Source: Eledone cirrhosa
Lineage: Eukaryota
NCBI GenBank assembly: GCA_964016885.1
Contig: OZ024742.1
Span: 203,918,001 to 203,982,000 of the forward strand
DNA: 64,000 bases
Direction: 5' to 3'
The translations under genes and the position numbers were made by a program. Shown here piece by piece: positions 12,127-28,838 of this stretch; position 1 is the first letter of the stretch, and each line of letters begins with the position of its first letter. The notes beneath the pieces are model-generated. The model was given only the letters and a program-made list of their open reading frames with translations. It made no database searches and was not told the DNA's origin.

Positions 12127-12254
12127 CCCACTGAAGAATTATAAGAGCCCACTTGAATGAGTATCTGTTGATCTTATACAAGCTTCTACATAAATTGGTA
12201 TAATTTCACCCAACTTGTAGAAATCTTATAGTGAAACAAAGACGTCCGTCTGGG
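12127..12254 (+). ncRNA. Type I hammerhead with extended stem II
   Basis: ccca CTGAAGA at-tataaga...tcttata-gt GAAA caaagacgtccg TC tggg. Confidence 0.65.
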
Positions 12255-12435
12255 AAGAGATATATTTGATATATCTCATATGAAATGATACAGCCAGTTT
12301 TCCACACAATACAATTAGTTAGCACCCGAACGTTTAATTAGGAATATACTCAGGTATTTCCTAATGTTTGTTCAGTGAGTTGGAATTTGGCCGGAGTATC
12401 GCTATTAGCTTTCTCCGATTATGTATTTATATATA

Positions 12436-13162
<727 letters not shown>

Positions 13163-13200
13163 TATGTATATATATATATATATATATATACATATATATG

Positions 13201-14357
<1,157 letters not shown>

Positions 14358-14414
14358 TTATATATATATATATATATTTACATGTATATATACATACATA
14401 TATATATATATATT

Positions 14415-14760
14415 AAGTACTAAATTAACAATGAAAATAAAAACAACAAAGTCAAGTTATTTTACCTATTCATATCATTGTTTTACAATCGTTTCGGAGG
14501 GTTGATCATATAGACATATTGTCTGATCTATAGCTGTTATATAACTGATCTCATATATAGGTTCGAGCAGACCGTCTTCTTCGGAAACAATCTTCGTTGT
14601 TTTTATTTTCATTGTTAATTTAATACCTAATATCTAAATCTGTATCTAATCGGAACACGGAACTTTTCTGAATTTCATTGGATTACTCGCCATCGAATTA
14701 CATTGAATTCTATCTACACCTCTACAGTACGGACCCTATCACCAACGGTAGACCAAACTG
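14415..14760. mobile_element. Pseudo-LTR-like fold-back remnant with long-stem-II hammerhead (14478-14590, minus)
   Basis: ttgttt CCGAAGA ...~85 nt... GAAA cgattg TA aaacaa. Short inverted arms at 14420-14447 and 14597-14622. Confidence 0.55.
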
Positions 14761-14762
14761 AA

Positions 14763-14794
<32 letters not shown>

Positions 14795-14795
14795 A

Positions 14796-14973
<178 letters not shown>

Positions 14974-15359
14974 GGTACCTGACGGCGGAAGTATTGCCTT
15001 TTCAACAGCTATATATGATTATATATAATAATTATATATATCGTCTCTGAATTTGTTTAACAAGATTCGTTATCTGAAAACGTGTGTTGAAACTGATATT
15101 GTTATACTTTGGGAGGGTCATGTTGCCAATAAGAAACACACGCACCAGTTGCTTTCACTTCAATTTATTATAATAACTTTATAAATTTCCGGCTGGTTGG
15201 TTGGTTCCACAACCAGAAGTTTGTTTATATATTGTCAAAGTTCTTTCTTCACACATTCTGTGACCTCTTCGGTGACTTGGGATTCTTTTCTTTGTTTTTA
15301 TGCCTCTCCTTTGTTCTGTCCTACGCCATCTTGTTTCTGTGTGTGTATATATAATATAT

Positions 15360-18300
15360 ATAGTAATAATAATAAATTTGAAGACTAAAATCCAAAGAGG
15401 GCTCGATAAGGATAAATATATATCAAATATATAAGAACCGTAGAGCAAATATTTAGTAAAATAACAGATTAAAGTTTAATCAAAGAATCGCTGCTTTCAC
15501 CCTTAACAGGATCTTCTGAAACTAACAAAGTCAATCTGTGAACGCAGAAGTGAATATTTCAAAAAACCTTGCAACCGGAGGAAGACGATACTTTTGTTCG
15601 TGGAAACGTTCCCTGGCAAAGAACGGGGAAAAACGAAGATAATACGTCATTATTTGGAGCGGTGAAAAACAATTACACGCAAAGACAAAACCACGTTTAT
15701 GGTATGAAAGAAGTCGTAGACTAATATTCTATTAGGTGGTTCATAGAGTCGTTCTCTGGCAATGAACGAAAAAAAAACGAAGATAATACGTCATATGTGG
15801 ACCGTGGAGAACAATTGCACGCAAAGACAAAACCACGTAAATGGTATAACTGAAGTCGTAGACTAAAATTCTAACTAGGAAACCGAATGATTCTCTGCTT
15901 CAGAGTTAAGAATAAAGTAAATAAAATACAGAGATAATTGAAATTAAATAAATACATACACGCATCCATATACGTACATACACAAGCATACGCGAAAACA
16001 CTCGCCAAAGATATACAAATACATGCACATATAAATATGTGTGTGTATGTGTGTGTGCGTGTATACAAATAATTAAATAAACGTATATAAATAAATAAAT
16101 ACGTATATAACAAGCGCACACACATACCTACATGTAAATACACGTATGTTCGGAGACGTACGTCAACCAAAACACGAAGTACACATATACACCCACCCTA
16201 CATACGTACGAACTGGCGTACTCACACAGACGCAAAACTCACGTATACACATAACCAAAAGCATATGTACCAGAATATATAAAATATACGCCATAACGTA
16301 TACAATCAAAATTACATACGAGAAAGTATACGTACCTTCATAAAACATACAGGTAATATATACTTACCTATGCAAATAAGTAATAGAATAAACATAACAT
16401 ATACTTAGCTACCACATCAAGACGTAAACTATCCGCGTATAGATCGTACTATCCGTTAGGGTATAATGTGGGGCTGTAATACAGGAAAGTTTTGTGCAAT
16501 TTATGTTTACAGATTTTGTGCTTAAGATGTGGTCTGTGGCGTAGAGTATTTCCAGGGCCTCAGCGGCGCAGAGGTCACATGGTCTTTTATTTCCGTTATA
16601 TGATCTAGCCCTAGCTACGATCTCCCACTGTAACTTATATTGGGTGTGGTTGTCTTTTAGACTCCAGATATAAGCTGAAAGTGACGTCATATTCATTCCT
16701 AGAGGGTAACGAAAAGAATGGGTATGCATGTAAAGACGCTGCTTGAATCTATTGGCGGTTAACCCTATATAGGCCCTACGGGACGTGGGTGTTTCAACCT
16801 TACATTTGTAGACAATGTTACTAGAGAGGCATTTCCCGGATAGGGGGCAATCAATCCGATTCCTACAATTACAGTTAGTACTAACTACATGGTTGCACGT
16901 GTTTCTACGGCTAGGTAGTTTAGCTAAATTTGAAGCTGTGATGTTATGTGCAAGGTTAGGAGTCGTAGAGTAAGAAATTTTAATAGTATTTCTATTAAGA
17001 ATTTTACTATATTTATGTGTAGGGAGAAAATGCTTCGTAATAAGCGATAGAAAGATCTTGGCTAATGGTGTGGCCACCTCCATATTATATGGTGGGTTAT
17101 ACCATATAATGCGTCGGGATCTATTTCTTCTAGGTCTATTCTCGTACTCTGTATATGCTACCTTATCGACAAATCCACTCCGAGCAAGAGCTTCATTGTA
17201 ATATGTGGAATAGTCGTTGAAAATATGCTCGTTAGTAGATAGACAGGAAAGCCTCAAAGAAACGTTTCTTAACAGGTTCTTGGTTATGCTGGCAGGATGG
17301 TTAGAATGCTTACTTATGTAATTAAGCGTATCATTCGGCTTTCTATACGGGTAATACAAGCCATTCGATAAATTGAGGGTAACGTCGCGGTAATTAACGA
17401 CCGAGAGGTTGGCCTCAACCTGTATAGAGTGGTTGAGGCCTTTAAAGAAGGCTGTGAGTTCTTTTCTGAACCTGTCGCAAGCGCGTGGGCCGCACTTAGT
17501 CATGGTCAAAAGACCATCATCACGGTACAAACCACCGCCCGCGTTGGGGAATTCGTCCTTAATAGAGAAAAGAAGGAAAAGGCCGATAAGATCAGTAACT
17601 TCCGCAGAATCGCTGGCGCCCATACTCACGTTGAAAGGGGTACTATTAGATTTTTTAATCCAAATAGAGTCGTCGAAATGAATCACCGACTTACGGGCAT
17701 TGAGGATGACATCAACTTCGAAATCCTTAACCACTGTGAGTGTTTTAGCGAAATTGATAGCTCTAAGGAGAAGTGGTAAAGTGATGGAGGAGTAGTAATT
17801 ATTGATGTCGAATTGGATAAAACGGCAATGTTCCTTGTTGCATAAGCCGTTGAACCAATCAATCACCGCGAAAGAATTGTTCCACAGTGCAAGAGAGGCC
17901 AAACTTCTAATTTCAGGTACAATTCTATCGAGAATCCTTTTACTAAGTCTACCTAAATCAGACATCGTAGGGTTAATAAGCCGAATAGAAAATTGGATTT
18001 GTGATCTTTCAGGGTAAAGTGGGGAGAAATAGGGTCCAGAGGTTCGGTCCGGGCCAGGATGTTTAGATTAGAGGTGATTTTAAACCCAGCATCGTTGATT
18101 TCATTAATGACGCACCGATTAGTTTTACGGTAATCCTTAGTTACAGCATTATGTAGTAGTTGATGGTAAGTACTGCGCTCCACTTGATATAGGTTGCCAG
18201 TTTTGTCGGAAAGGACGTGCACGGCATTAGAATCCTTAATAGAACGAATTCTATTCTTCAGGTCCTGCTAGAAGGAATTGCTCCTATTCCGAAATTGGAT

Positions 18301-19020
18301 TCTCCGTATGAGTTCCAAGACATCATTTTCGAAGGGTAGCAATGATGGGTTACTCGGAGGGTTATTATAGGTTTTAAACCCAAATTTATCCTGTTTGTTA
18401 TCTGCTTTTCGCTGATTATCGAAATAAAAGGCACGCCAACGCAACCATTTAATGAACGCGTCTGTTTTCTGTATCAGTAGTTTTAGGTATGTTTTCCTGC
18501 TTGGTACGGGTATGTTCTTTATAGAAATATTCAGATCTTGTTTCTGCATGATGAATATAAGTCAATAGAGTGCTCAACCGAGGGAGCCAAATAGTAATAA
18601 TAATAAATTTGAAGACTAAAATCCAACGAGGGCTCGATAAGGATAAATATATATCAAATATATAAGAACCGTAGAGCAAATATTTATTAAAATAACAGAT
18701 TAAAGTTTAAGCAAAGAAACGCTGCTCCACCTAAGATAATATTAGTCTACGACTTCTTTTATACCATAAACGTGGTTTTGTCTTTGCGTGTAATTGTTTT
18801 TCACCGCTCCTATTAATGACGTATTATATTCGTTTTTTCCCGTTCTTTGCCAGGGAACGTTTCCACGAACCAGAGTATCGTCTTCCTGTCTTCCTCCGGT
18901 TACAAGGTTTTTTGAAATATTCACTTCTGCGTTCACAGATTGACTTTGTTAGTTTCAGTAGATCCCGTTAATGGTGAAAGCAGCGATTCTTTGCTTAAAC
19001 TTTAATCTGTTATTTTAATA
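15360..19020 (-). mobile_element. Near full-length PLE with C-terminal GIY-YIG and CxCx5C linker (probably Hydra clade)
   Basis: Direct pseudo-LTR sequence at 15360-15870 and 18590-18725, plus an inverted pseudo-LTR at 18740-19020. One ORF broken into three pieces. Confidence 0.92.
16409..18549 (-). pseudogene. PLE RT-GIY-YIG polyprotein with a stop and frameshifts
   Basis: KNIPVPS...LRWRAFYF; SDKTGNLY; QFDINNYYSSI; MGASDSAEV; LYRDDGL; CNCRNRIDCPL; IVY...YIGLT...FKQRLYMH; CDLC. Confidence 0.92.
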
Positions 19021-19025
19021 AATAA

Positions 19026-19094
<69 letters not shown>

Positions 19095-19099
<5 letters not shown>

Positions 19100-19795
19100 G
19101 ACGTAAAATAAGAAAATTATAAAATTAAACTTACTAAGTAAGTTAATTTTTATAATTTTCTTATTTTACGTCTTTCATATTATTGTTCTGCATCCCCTTG
19201 CATTGAACCACAAAGTTACTAAGACGAAGCCTATATATTTGAGAGCATAGGTATGCATAATTCTTTATAATTATCTCCAAATTATTTTGTTGAGCAAAAA
19301 TTTGCCAAAACTGCTGCTATAGTTCATAGTAACGGTTCCGCTACTGTCTTCTTAACACACCACTCCTCACTGATTATCCTCGATGTCACGTGATTGATTC
19401 TTTTGAATTTTCCACCGACCAAGTAGGCAGTGATTTTTTCAATGTCTTGGAACTTAGTCCACGCTTTGCTTTTTTCCATCCACTGAATTATTTTTGTATA
19501 AGTTCCCTGTGTCCACGCATTGCCTGGGAACTTAGCTGAGAATAGACTTCCCTGATGACTAAAGGATTTCTCCATGTTGTTCCATTTGGAAACCATGTTT
19601 ATTCCCTTTCAGAAACTAATTAGTTGGAGTGAAATTTTAGTAAGTAAGTTAATTTTTATAATTTTCTTATGTTACGTCTTTCATATTATTGTTCTGCATC
19701 CCCTTGCATTGAACCACAAAGTTACTAAGACGAAACCTATATATTTGGTAGCATAGGTATGCATCTGTATATATATGTTGGTAGATATACTAATT

Positions 19796-19800
<5 letters not shown>
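19095..19800 (+). mobile_element. Non-coding pseudo-LTR-like module with hammerhead at 19548-19629; direct and inverted partial repeats
   Basis: Homologous to 12513-13065. 19133-19270 is repeated at 19640-19800. Confidence 0.75.
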
Positions 19801-19848
<48 letters not shown>

Positions 19849-20499
19849 AAATTAAGTTAAATTAAGGGTGTCATGTCAGATAGACATGAACCATATCACC
19901 CGTAAAATATGTTCCAAGATTCCAATGAATAGATTCGAGCATTTTATATCAACTAGAAATTGATTGACATATAAATATATTTAAAATAAACATATGAAAC
20001 AATCACAGGGATAATTTGTAAAAGTGTGTAAGCACACATAGCTATGTAGGTAACTAAATAAAGTTTAACTAGAACTTCAAAAATAGATACCTTATAAATT
20101 GATTAATCTTCCTTGTATATATTCCATTAAAGAAATATATTTCATTAAATAAATATATTTCATCTGACATGACACCCTTAATTTAACTTAATTTTGGATA
20201 TATATAAATACGACCCCTTAATTGTAGAGCTAACTCAGTTGAATGGACTTGACTGCTATTTCTAGTTGTCGATAACCCCATTCACGCCACTGGGACGAAG
20301 CTGGTACGATGTGTGTATTTTTAGTAAATACAGCACGTGTTACTGGCCAGTCGCTGATTTGAATTTGATGCGTAAACACAGATGGTTAGTTCTCTTCCTT
20401 GTTGAAAATCCAGGATCTGGCTACTATCGTTTACCAATCGATTAATTGGTGAAATATATTTCTTTAATGGAATATATACAAGGAAGATTTATCAATTTA

Positions 20500-21428
20500 C
20501 TAGCAGTAAAGCCCGGCGTTGCTCGGGGTCGCTCAGTAGCTGTGTTAAAGTTACAATGTTAAGTTTCTTTCTTGGCTTAAAAACTGTAGTGTCTACTGTG
20601 CAGACTTGCATGTGGTGTTTTTGATTAATATTCCCTCAACCAACAATATGCCTTATGAAGTTAAGAAAACATAACGATAACCCGAATGTTATAACAAAAG
20701 AGGATGCTGGGGATAGAAACTGCACTGGTTATTTATTAACAAAGATCGAAAATGTAAACACTGCAACGCAGAGAAAAACATTAGCGTAACCAAATTATCA
20801 GTTATGTCTGTCTGCACGCCTATATCACCTCTCTGCACGACTGTCTGTCTGCACGCCTATATCACCTCTCTGCACGACTGTCTGTCTGCACGCCTATATC
20901 ACCTCTCTGCACGACTGTCTGTCTGCACGCCTATATCACCTCTCTGCACGACTGTCTGTCTGCACGCGTATATCACCTCTCTGCACGACTGTCTGTCTGC
21001 ACGCCTAACGACGAAATATTTGCTTGTTTTACGTAGTCTTTAAATAGACTTGTTTTCAAGTAAAAATATTGTTTTAAAATGCTTTTAAATGGAAATGAAG
21101 CAAAACGGAAGCTTAGTGTTCGAACTGATGAATTTTGCAGCAATGTCATTTTAAACGCTGAGAAAGCCAGCGTAATTTTTTACGTAAGACGCTCAATGTA
21201 AACAGAACAAAGGGAAATAACTGATAACTTACGCTCAAAAATCGATACATTATATTCGATTTCGTCACATAGGGTGGGTCAATTTGAAATTATTTTTTTT
21301 CCAATGTCTTCGCTAGGGCTCAATGTACAAGTATAGCAATTTCGGTGCAATTCCGTGAGAGATTCTAAGAGGAGATGTGTGCCAAAAATCGATAGACAGA
21401 CAGACAACCACAGTTTTATATATATAGA
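20500..21428 (-). mobile_element. Non-autonomous Helitron
   Basis: Minus strand: 5' TC, subterminal hairpin cccg-agcaacgc-cggg, 3' CTAG. Inserted between A and T with no TSD. The empty site is visible in the inverted duplicate at about 20090-20100. Confidence 0.9.
20805..21006. repeat. 37-bp minisatellite, about 5.5 copies, inside the Helitron
   Basis: ctgtctgtctgcacgcctatatcacctctctgcacga repeated head to tail. Confidence 0.95.
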
Positions 21429-21718
21429 TAAGGTATCTATTTTTGAAGTTCTAGTTAAACTTTATTTAGTTACCTACATAGCTATGTGTGCTTACACACT
21501 TTTACAAATTATGCCCTGTGATTGTTTCATATGTTTATTTTAGATATATTTATATGTCAATCAATTTCTAGTTGATATATATATATATATTTATTTAGGT
21601 TTGAAGGTTCACCACTGGATAGAGTTGGTCATTCCATATGGTCAATCTTGATGTAATAATATGGAGAGTACTCAACCGTCTTCGTTTGTGTAGTTGGTGG
21701 TGCGAGTACGGAATTAAT

Positions 21719-22060
21719 TATTATAATAAAATAACAGGAGGCTGGACTTGTGTAAATCCTTGAAAGGTTTATTATACTATGATCATTTCAATGATCGGGG
21801 TCCGTATGAATCCGGTGATATCAACAGGTATTCAAAATATAATAAATGAGTGTAACAGATAAAATCCCTGGGGCTGAAAATCATCCACAGGTCTATGATT
21901 TTCAGCCCCATGGATTTTATCTGTTACATTTATTTATTATATTTCGAATACCTGATGATATCACCGGATTCATACGGAACACGGTCATTGAAATGATCAT
22001 AGTATAATAAACCTTTCAAGGATTTACACAAGTCCAGCCTCCTGTTATTTTATTATAATA
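21719..22060. repeat. Fold-back palindrome (~165-bp arms) carrying a hammerhead at 21948-22005 (+)
   Basis: atac CTGATGA tatcaccg...cggtcatt GAAA tgatca TA gtat. Confidence 0.85.
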
Positions 22061-22842
22061 TATATATATATGTGGGGGGGGGGGGTTGTGTGTATTTATG
22101 TATGTATATATGTTTAAATATATATATATATATACACATATATATCTCCCACCCCCCGCCCCTTCTGTTCTTGCTTTCTTCGTATTCCCACTGCATTTTA
22201 AGTTACCTTAAATAGCAACTTAACAGCCATTTCTATTCTCCATGTATTTCATCATGTTTTTGCTGTGACCATTCTTCTCTCCCCTTCTACCTACCTATTT
22301 CGCCAATTTCTACTCTCACCCCTCTTTCTTCCCCTCCCTTTCTCCCTATCTACTCTCACCCCACTTTCTTCCTCTCCCTTTCTCCCCCTCACTTTCACAA
22401 CCTCGTCTGACCGTTTAGCAGTTCTCTTCTCACTTACAACTGCGGCGATCGGACGTGTGTTGTTCCTCTCGACCACTCAGTCTTGAACTTAAGTTCTCTT
22501 ATCGAGTGGTCTTAGATTTCCTACCTATAGTTGCTCACACATTGCTCGGTTTGTGTGTTTTTTCGCTGCTTTGTTACTGTTTCTCTTTTCTTCCCCTTTG
22601 CTTTCCTTCCCTCCTTCTTCCGTTTTCCCAATAACTTATCCAGTTATTGAACGCCCTGGGCGGTAGATATCTTGTCTTTAAAGCGTAGAAATATCCGAGA
22701 CCCCCAGTAGACAACTGATGAGGACCCCCCCCCCCCCATTCTTGCTTTCTTCATATTCCCACTGCATTTTAAGTTACATTAAATAGCAACTACACAGTCA
22801 TTTCTATTCTCCATATATTTCATTATATATATATATATACAG

Positions 22843-23418
22843 TATATTTATTAAAATAACAGATTAAAGTTTAAGCAAAGAATCGCTGCTTTCACCCTTA
22901 ACGGGATCTTCTGAAACTAACAAAGTCAATCTGTAAACGCAGAACTGGATATTTCAAAAAACGTTGCAACCGGAGGAAGACAGGAAGACGATACTTTGGT
23001 TCATGGTGACGTTCGCTGGCAAAGAACGGGAAAAAACGAATAATACGTCATTAATAGGAGCGGTGAAAAACAATTACGCCAACGCAACCTTTTAATGAAC
23101 GCGTCTGTTTTCTGTATCAGGAGTTTTAGGTATGTTTTCCTGCTAGGTACGGGTATGTTCTTTGTAGAAATATTCAGATGTTGTTTCTGCATGATGAATA
23201 TAAGTCAGTAGAGTGCTCAACCGAAGGAGCCAAATAGTAATAATAATAAAATTGAAGTTCAGAAGATCCCGTTAAGGGTGAAAGCAGCGATTCTTTGCTT
23301 AAACTTTAATCTGTTATTTTAATAAATATTTGCTCTTCGGTTCTTATATATTTGATATATATTTTCCTTATCGAGCCCTCTCTGGATTTTAGTCTTCAAT
23401 TTTATTATTATTACTATT
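22843..23418. mobile_element. Rearranged 5'-end fragment of the 15360-19020 PLE family
   Basis: Pseudo-LTR pieces in both orientations around the ORF start MQKQHLNISTKNIPVPS (23001-23192, minus). Confidence 0.88.
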
Positions 23419-23428
23419 AATATATACA

Positions 23429-23524
<96 letters not shown>

Positions 23525-23527
<3 letters not shown>

Positions 23528-23886
23528 GTAATTAGGAGTATTCCAAAGCTTGGTAGAACAAGTTGTGAGGAAAGTTTTCAACATACGTTAAGGTGACTCA
23601 ACAGGTTGGTAGGGATTCAGTAGTGGAAACACGAACAAACGAGGAGTGTAATAAAAAAAGAGAGAAATAGGACGAAGGTAAACAGTTACAAAAGAATTTA
23701 ATCCACGTATTAACAATTGTTTCATCAGAATTTCAGTCCATTATTGCTACACTATGTAATAATAGGCAATCAAGAAAGATACTGTGGCATCCGAATTTTC
23801 AAAATACAAAATTGGAATGACCTAAGGAAATGAAATAAGGGGTAGTAGTGTAAGATAGAGGAACAGAGAGAGAGAGGGGCAAGAGA

Positions 23887-23957
<71 letters not shown>

Positions 23958-24930
23958 GATGGAGGTAGGGAGAGAAAGAGAAAGAGATAGGGTGGTGTGA
24001 GAGGATTTGTATAGAATATAGTTAAGTTACAAGAAGGGAGGGGGAGGAGGGTTGTGTGCTAAAAGTTGTGATGAGTAGGGGGAGAGAGAAGGGAGATAGA
24101 ATTTTAAGTGGCATTTGGTAGTGGACAGGCGAAAGTCTTACCAGAGTATAGATGAAGGAAGAAAGTATTAAATTTCATATATAGTCTATATTTTTAGGAG
24201 TGTGGAATTGTTATTTAGGGTAGGAAGAGAGGTAGTGTTAAGATTTAGTTGAAGGTTTGAAGTGTGAGAATTTCGCTTTCAGTTTATGCTGGCAAAAAAT
24301 TGACCTTTCAATTTTGTTGTTGAGTAGTTGGTGGCTTGAGCTTAGGATATGGAAGAGCTCATTATTACACAACGGTCACGTTTTCATCCCACGCTAGTAT
24401 GGAGGAGCATGTGAGAGTTTGGTCCATTTAAGGGTGTATTGTCGGTTATTCCCTTTTAAGTGCCAAATTTTGTCGGCGAGAGTCGTTACGTAACGGTGTT
24501 GGCGGTGCTTTATTGCGTAACGATGCGTGTACCAACGAGTTTTGAAGGTGTTTGCAGTGCTGCCTATGTAGTGCCAGGTTTGGTTGCCCGACTCAACCGA
24601 GCACCTGTACACTAGGTTTGAATGCAAACATTCGTTATTCAATGGACAAGTCTCTGGAAGGTGGCAATTACAATTTCTGTTATGGGCAGTGGTGGAGTTA
24701 TAGGTGGGCTGGGATGTGTGTGTGGGTATGTTTTGTGCATACTGTTTGTTAGTGGGTGGTTGTGTATTAGGTGTTTTATTGTGTTGAGTGATTGGGGTGT
24801 TGTTGTTACGGAGTTTTTTGGCTTTGAGCATCTTAATGTGTGCGTCTAGGTTTGGTGCAGTGGAATAAGATAGTCTAATTGTTTTGGTATTAAGTATACT
24901 ACTATATTTATGTGAATTTGGAAAGTGTTT
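23525..24930 (-). mobile_element. 5'-truncated PLE (GIY-YIG end plus pseudo-LTR with hammerhead at 23707-23807)
   Basis: ORF 24394-24831 has CNCHLPETCPL...LVY...YIGST...TRWYTH. TA tracts on both sides. Confidence 0.85.
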
Positions 24931-24932
24931 TT

Positions 24933-25142
<210 letters not shown>

Positions 25143-25712
25143 CTGTATATATATATATATAATGAAATATATGGAGAATAGAAATGACTGTGTAGTTGCT
25201 ATTTAATGTAACTATATATATACCACGATAAATTAACGGAACCATAGGCCCTCGCCATTCCCTGTAAATCATGTGCTCAAAGGAGAAGAAATCCTTTAAA
25301 ATACAATATGTTGAAAAGGTAACACACCAGAGAGAGATATACAGTGCGCTATCAATAAAACAGGGAAAAAAACCACCAGTGTATGGAATCTATAACCTAT
25401 GAAAAGCAGACTATAGACATGATAATTAAAAATATAAATTAAAGCGTAAATAAATACCTCTATAACTATATAACACACGTACAATTCCAAAGAGATGTTT
25501 CGCCAGTAATTTGTTAACAGAAATAGAATAATCTCGGTTTTTTCCTCATTTTATTGATAGCGCACTGTATATCTCTCTCTGGTATGTTACCTTTTCAACA
25601 TATTGTATTTTATATATATACGTATATATATGTATTAATATGTATATATATATATACGTATATATATGTATATATATATATATACTTATATATATACGTA
25701 CATATATATATA

Positions 25713-26718
25713 TCAGTATATATATAAAATTAAGTATGTGTGTGTGTATGTGTCTGTGTGACTGTGTATTACCTATAGGGGCCTACATCTTACGACCGAT
25801 TTTCATGAAACTTTACAGTCTCATATATTAGTTACCGCGGAGTGTTTTCTATATATCGTTCTTTTATTCCGGGATCATTCTGCAGATAAAAATCGATATG
25901 GGGGGGGGGGCACCTTTTATTAGGTATCGAAAAATAAGATTTTTGGCTCTAGCAGCCACATTTTGCCACCGATTTCGTTCAAAATTTAAAGCAAAATAGA
26001 ATTTATCATTGCACATCTAGTAATTGCTTTATATTTTGTATTTGTTGTTCAAGAACGGCGTGGTAGCCACTTAAATATTCAAAAATACCACTTTTAGACT
26101 CAAATTTTCACTTTTTCGGCTCTAGCTCCCACATTAATCAACCTACTTTGTTCATATTTTACACTACGTTAGATCTGATTATTTCACGTCTTAGAGTGGC
26201 TTTATATTTTGGATTTTTTGTTCAGGAAGGGCGTCGCAGCCGCTTAAATATTCGAAAATACCACCTATTCGCTCAAATTTCCGCCTTTTCGGCTCTAGCT
26301 CCAACATTTTTCAACCGATTTCGTTCAAATTCGAAACTTCGGCTCCACTTCACACATAAATCAATTTATTTGGTTCAACTTGTATACTACGATAGAACCC
26401 ATCATTGCACATCAAAGGCAAAACGATGTCCACTGACGTCGTCTGAGCTTTTAGTTGTGTATTTGAAAATTCATCGGTTTCCAATCAAGTAGCATGAGGA
26501 AATTTGGCTTAGTGTTAGAGGTCATTACCTCCCTCCCCCAGCATGCCCCTTCATCAGTCACCCGCGTTTCTCAGTGATAGAGGTCATCACCACCCTCCCC
26601 CGCATGGCCTGTGTGTGGCCATAGAGGAGTCACCCAGAAGCAGTCGCTAAGATCAACACCTTTTCATCAAATCAGATATTATTTTACCTACCCAGGCAAT
26701 GCTGGGTACTGCTGCTAG
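25713..26718 (+). mobile_element. Non-autonomous Helitron-like element with ~173-bp internal subrepeats
   Basis: 3' hairpin cccag-gcaatg-ctggg, then CTAG|T at 26715-26719. ggctctagc recurs near 25945, 26117 and 26291. The 5' end is approximate. Confidence 0.7.
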
Positions 26719-26729
26719 TATATATATAC

Positions 26730-26974
<245 letters not shown>

Positions 26975-27238
26975 CATATATGCACATGCATATGTGGGAT
27001 ACATACTTGTAATATGTGATGTGTATAAATGTGAACGAGACCCGAAACATGGCTGAATTTTGTATCGACAACTCTTTACAAGCTGCCATAACATGTTTTG
27101 ACCTGTCCTAGTTTACCAACGACAACTGATACTATTCAAATCGATGATTGATCATTGATGTGATTAAAAATCTGTCTATTGAATTACTTTCCGCAGAAAC
27201 ACATCCGATCCCGTTTGACAAGTTTATTTATTTATAAA

Positions 27239-27303
<65 letters not shown>

Positions 27304-28262
27304 CATTATTGTTGTTGTTGTTGTTGTTGTTATTGTTATTATTATTATTACTCTTTTTCTTTCTTTTTTAACACGATCATCATCATTTTCGTTTATTCAT
27401 TCTATACAAGCAAAGATTCTATAGACTCGTCATTTATTTGTTAAGAAAAATCAAGACAGGTGCATGCTTGCAAATTATAAAATTAAAGAAATAATAATAA
27501 CAGGTGTCACGTTCAACGCTGCTTCACTTACCTGTTCTCACCTGTTTCATTCCAGGTGAAACTCTCCTTAAAAAGTCGAATCTCTTGGGAAGCGGGAACA
27601 TAATGGCAAACACAGTACATGGAGTTTCTATAGTGAAATATCGAAAAGTACACTCAGGTGCAGAGCTTTCAAAATGTTTTCACATTGGTGACACTTTTAT
27701 AGATTTTTATTTTTCGTGTCACTTTAATTATATTTTGTTGGCCACGTGGAATTAACGAAATTAATGAATAAATAATTGAATTAAAATTGTTTTAGGAAAG
27801 CAGTACAATACAAGTGAAAATTAAGTAAGTCAGTAGTTTACACCTTTAACCTATATTTAGTGATATTTCGGAGATAAAATCCAATCTTCAAAAGAAAAAG
27901 AAAATGAAGTGCGTGGCCAAGGTCTCATTCCTTCGTTTTTTAAATGAATTTTTACCCCGAGATATCACGGAATAAAAGTGTTTTGTTTTACTTCAATCCT
28001 GTTTCCACTCCTATATTTTAAAATTGTTCTGAACAGGCTTTCTTAAAACAATCTTAACTACATATCGAACAATGCTTCATGAAAACTGTAAATACATCAC
28101 GTGTCTTATTCTTCACAGTTGACAGTTCTCAGGTATACGTAAAAATGGCTTCACAGGTGTGCTTCCTCCTCTTCACACCTACACATATCCTTCAGTATAC
28201 GAATGCTACAAACAGACACACACATAGATACACACACATACATAAATACATACACCCACACG

Positions 28263-28358
<96 letters not shown>

Positions 28359-28499
28359 GAATATAAAATGAAAGTGCTATATATATATATATATATATAT
28401 ATATGATAGCAATTGGAAAGACCAATGGAAACATTGTTTCCTCGGTCCGATTTGACGAAAAGTTGATCGCCCCCTAAAATAAAATATATATATATAATG

Positions 28500-28838
28500 G
28501 GTAAAGAACCCCTTCAGTCACGAATGACCATGGGATTTGCACATAGTTCGAGTCCTTCCTAGACACAAGCACGAGCAAAGTGTTTTTGTGGAAAACCAGT
28601 AGTCACCCATGTATACCAGACCCCCACCCCACATCATTGATGTTGTGCAGGGGAAAGACAATGGCTGAAACAGTTTGGCACCAGATATCGCCACTCATTT
28701 CTACAGCTGAGTAAACTGGAACAACGTCAAATAAAGTGTCTTGCTCAAGGACACAACGCACCATCTGGTCCTGGTATCAAACTCACAACCTTATCATTGT
28801 GAATCCAACTCTCTTACCACTAAGCCACGCATCTTCAC
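28500..28838 (-). mobile_element. tRNA-derived SINE
   Basis: Minus strand has gtggcttagtggtaag (A box), gagtttgatacc (B-box-like) and gtgtccttgagcaagacact. Confidence 0.75.

Noticed and set aside
20805-21006. CRISPR-like 37-bp repeats
   Set aside because: No spacers. This is a minisatellite inside a Helitron.
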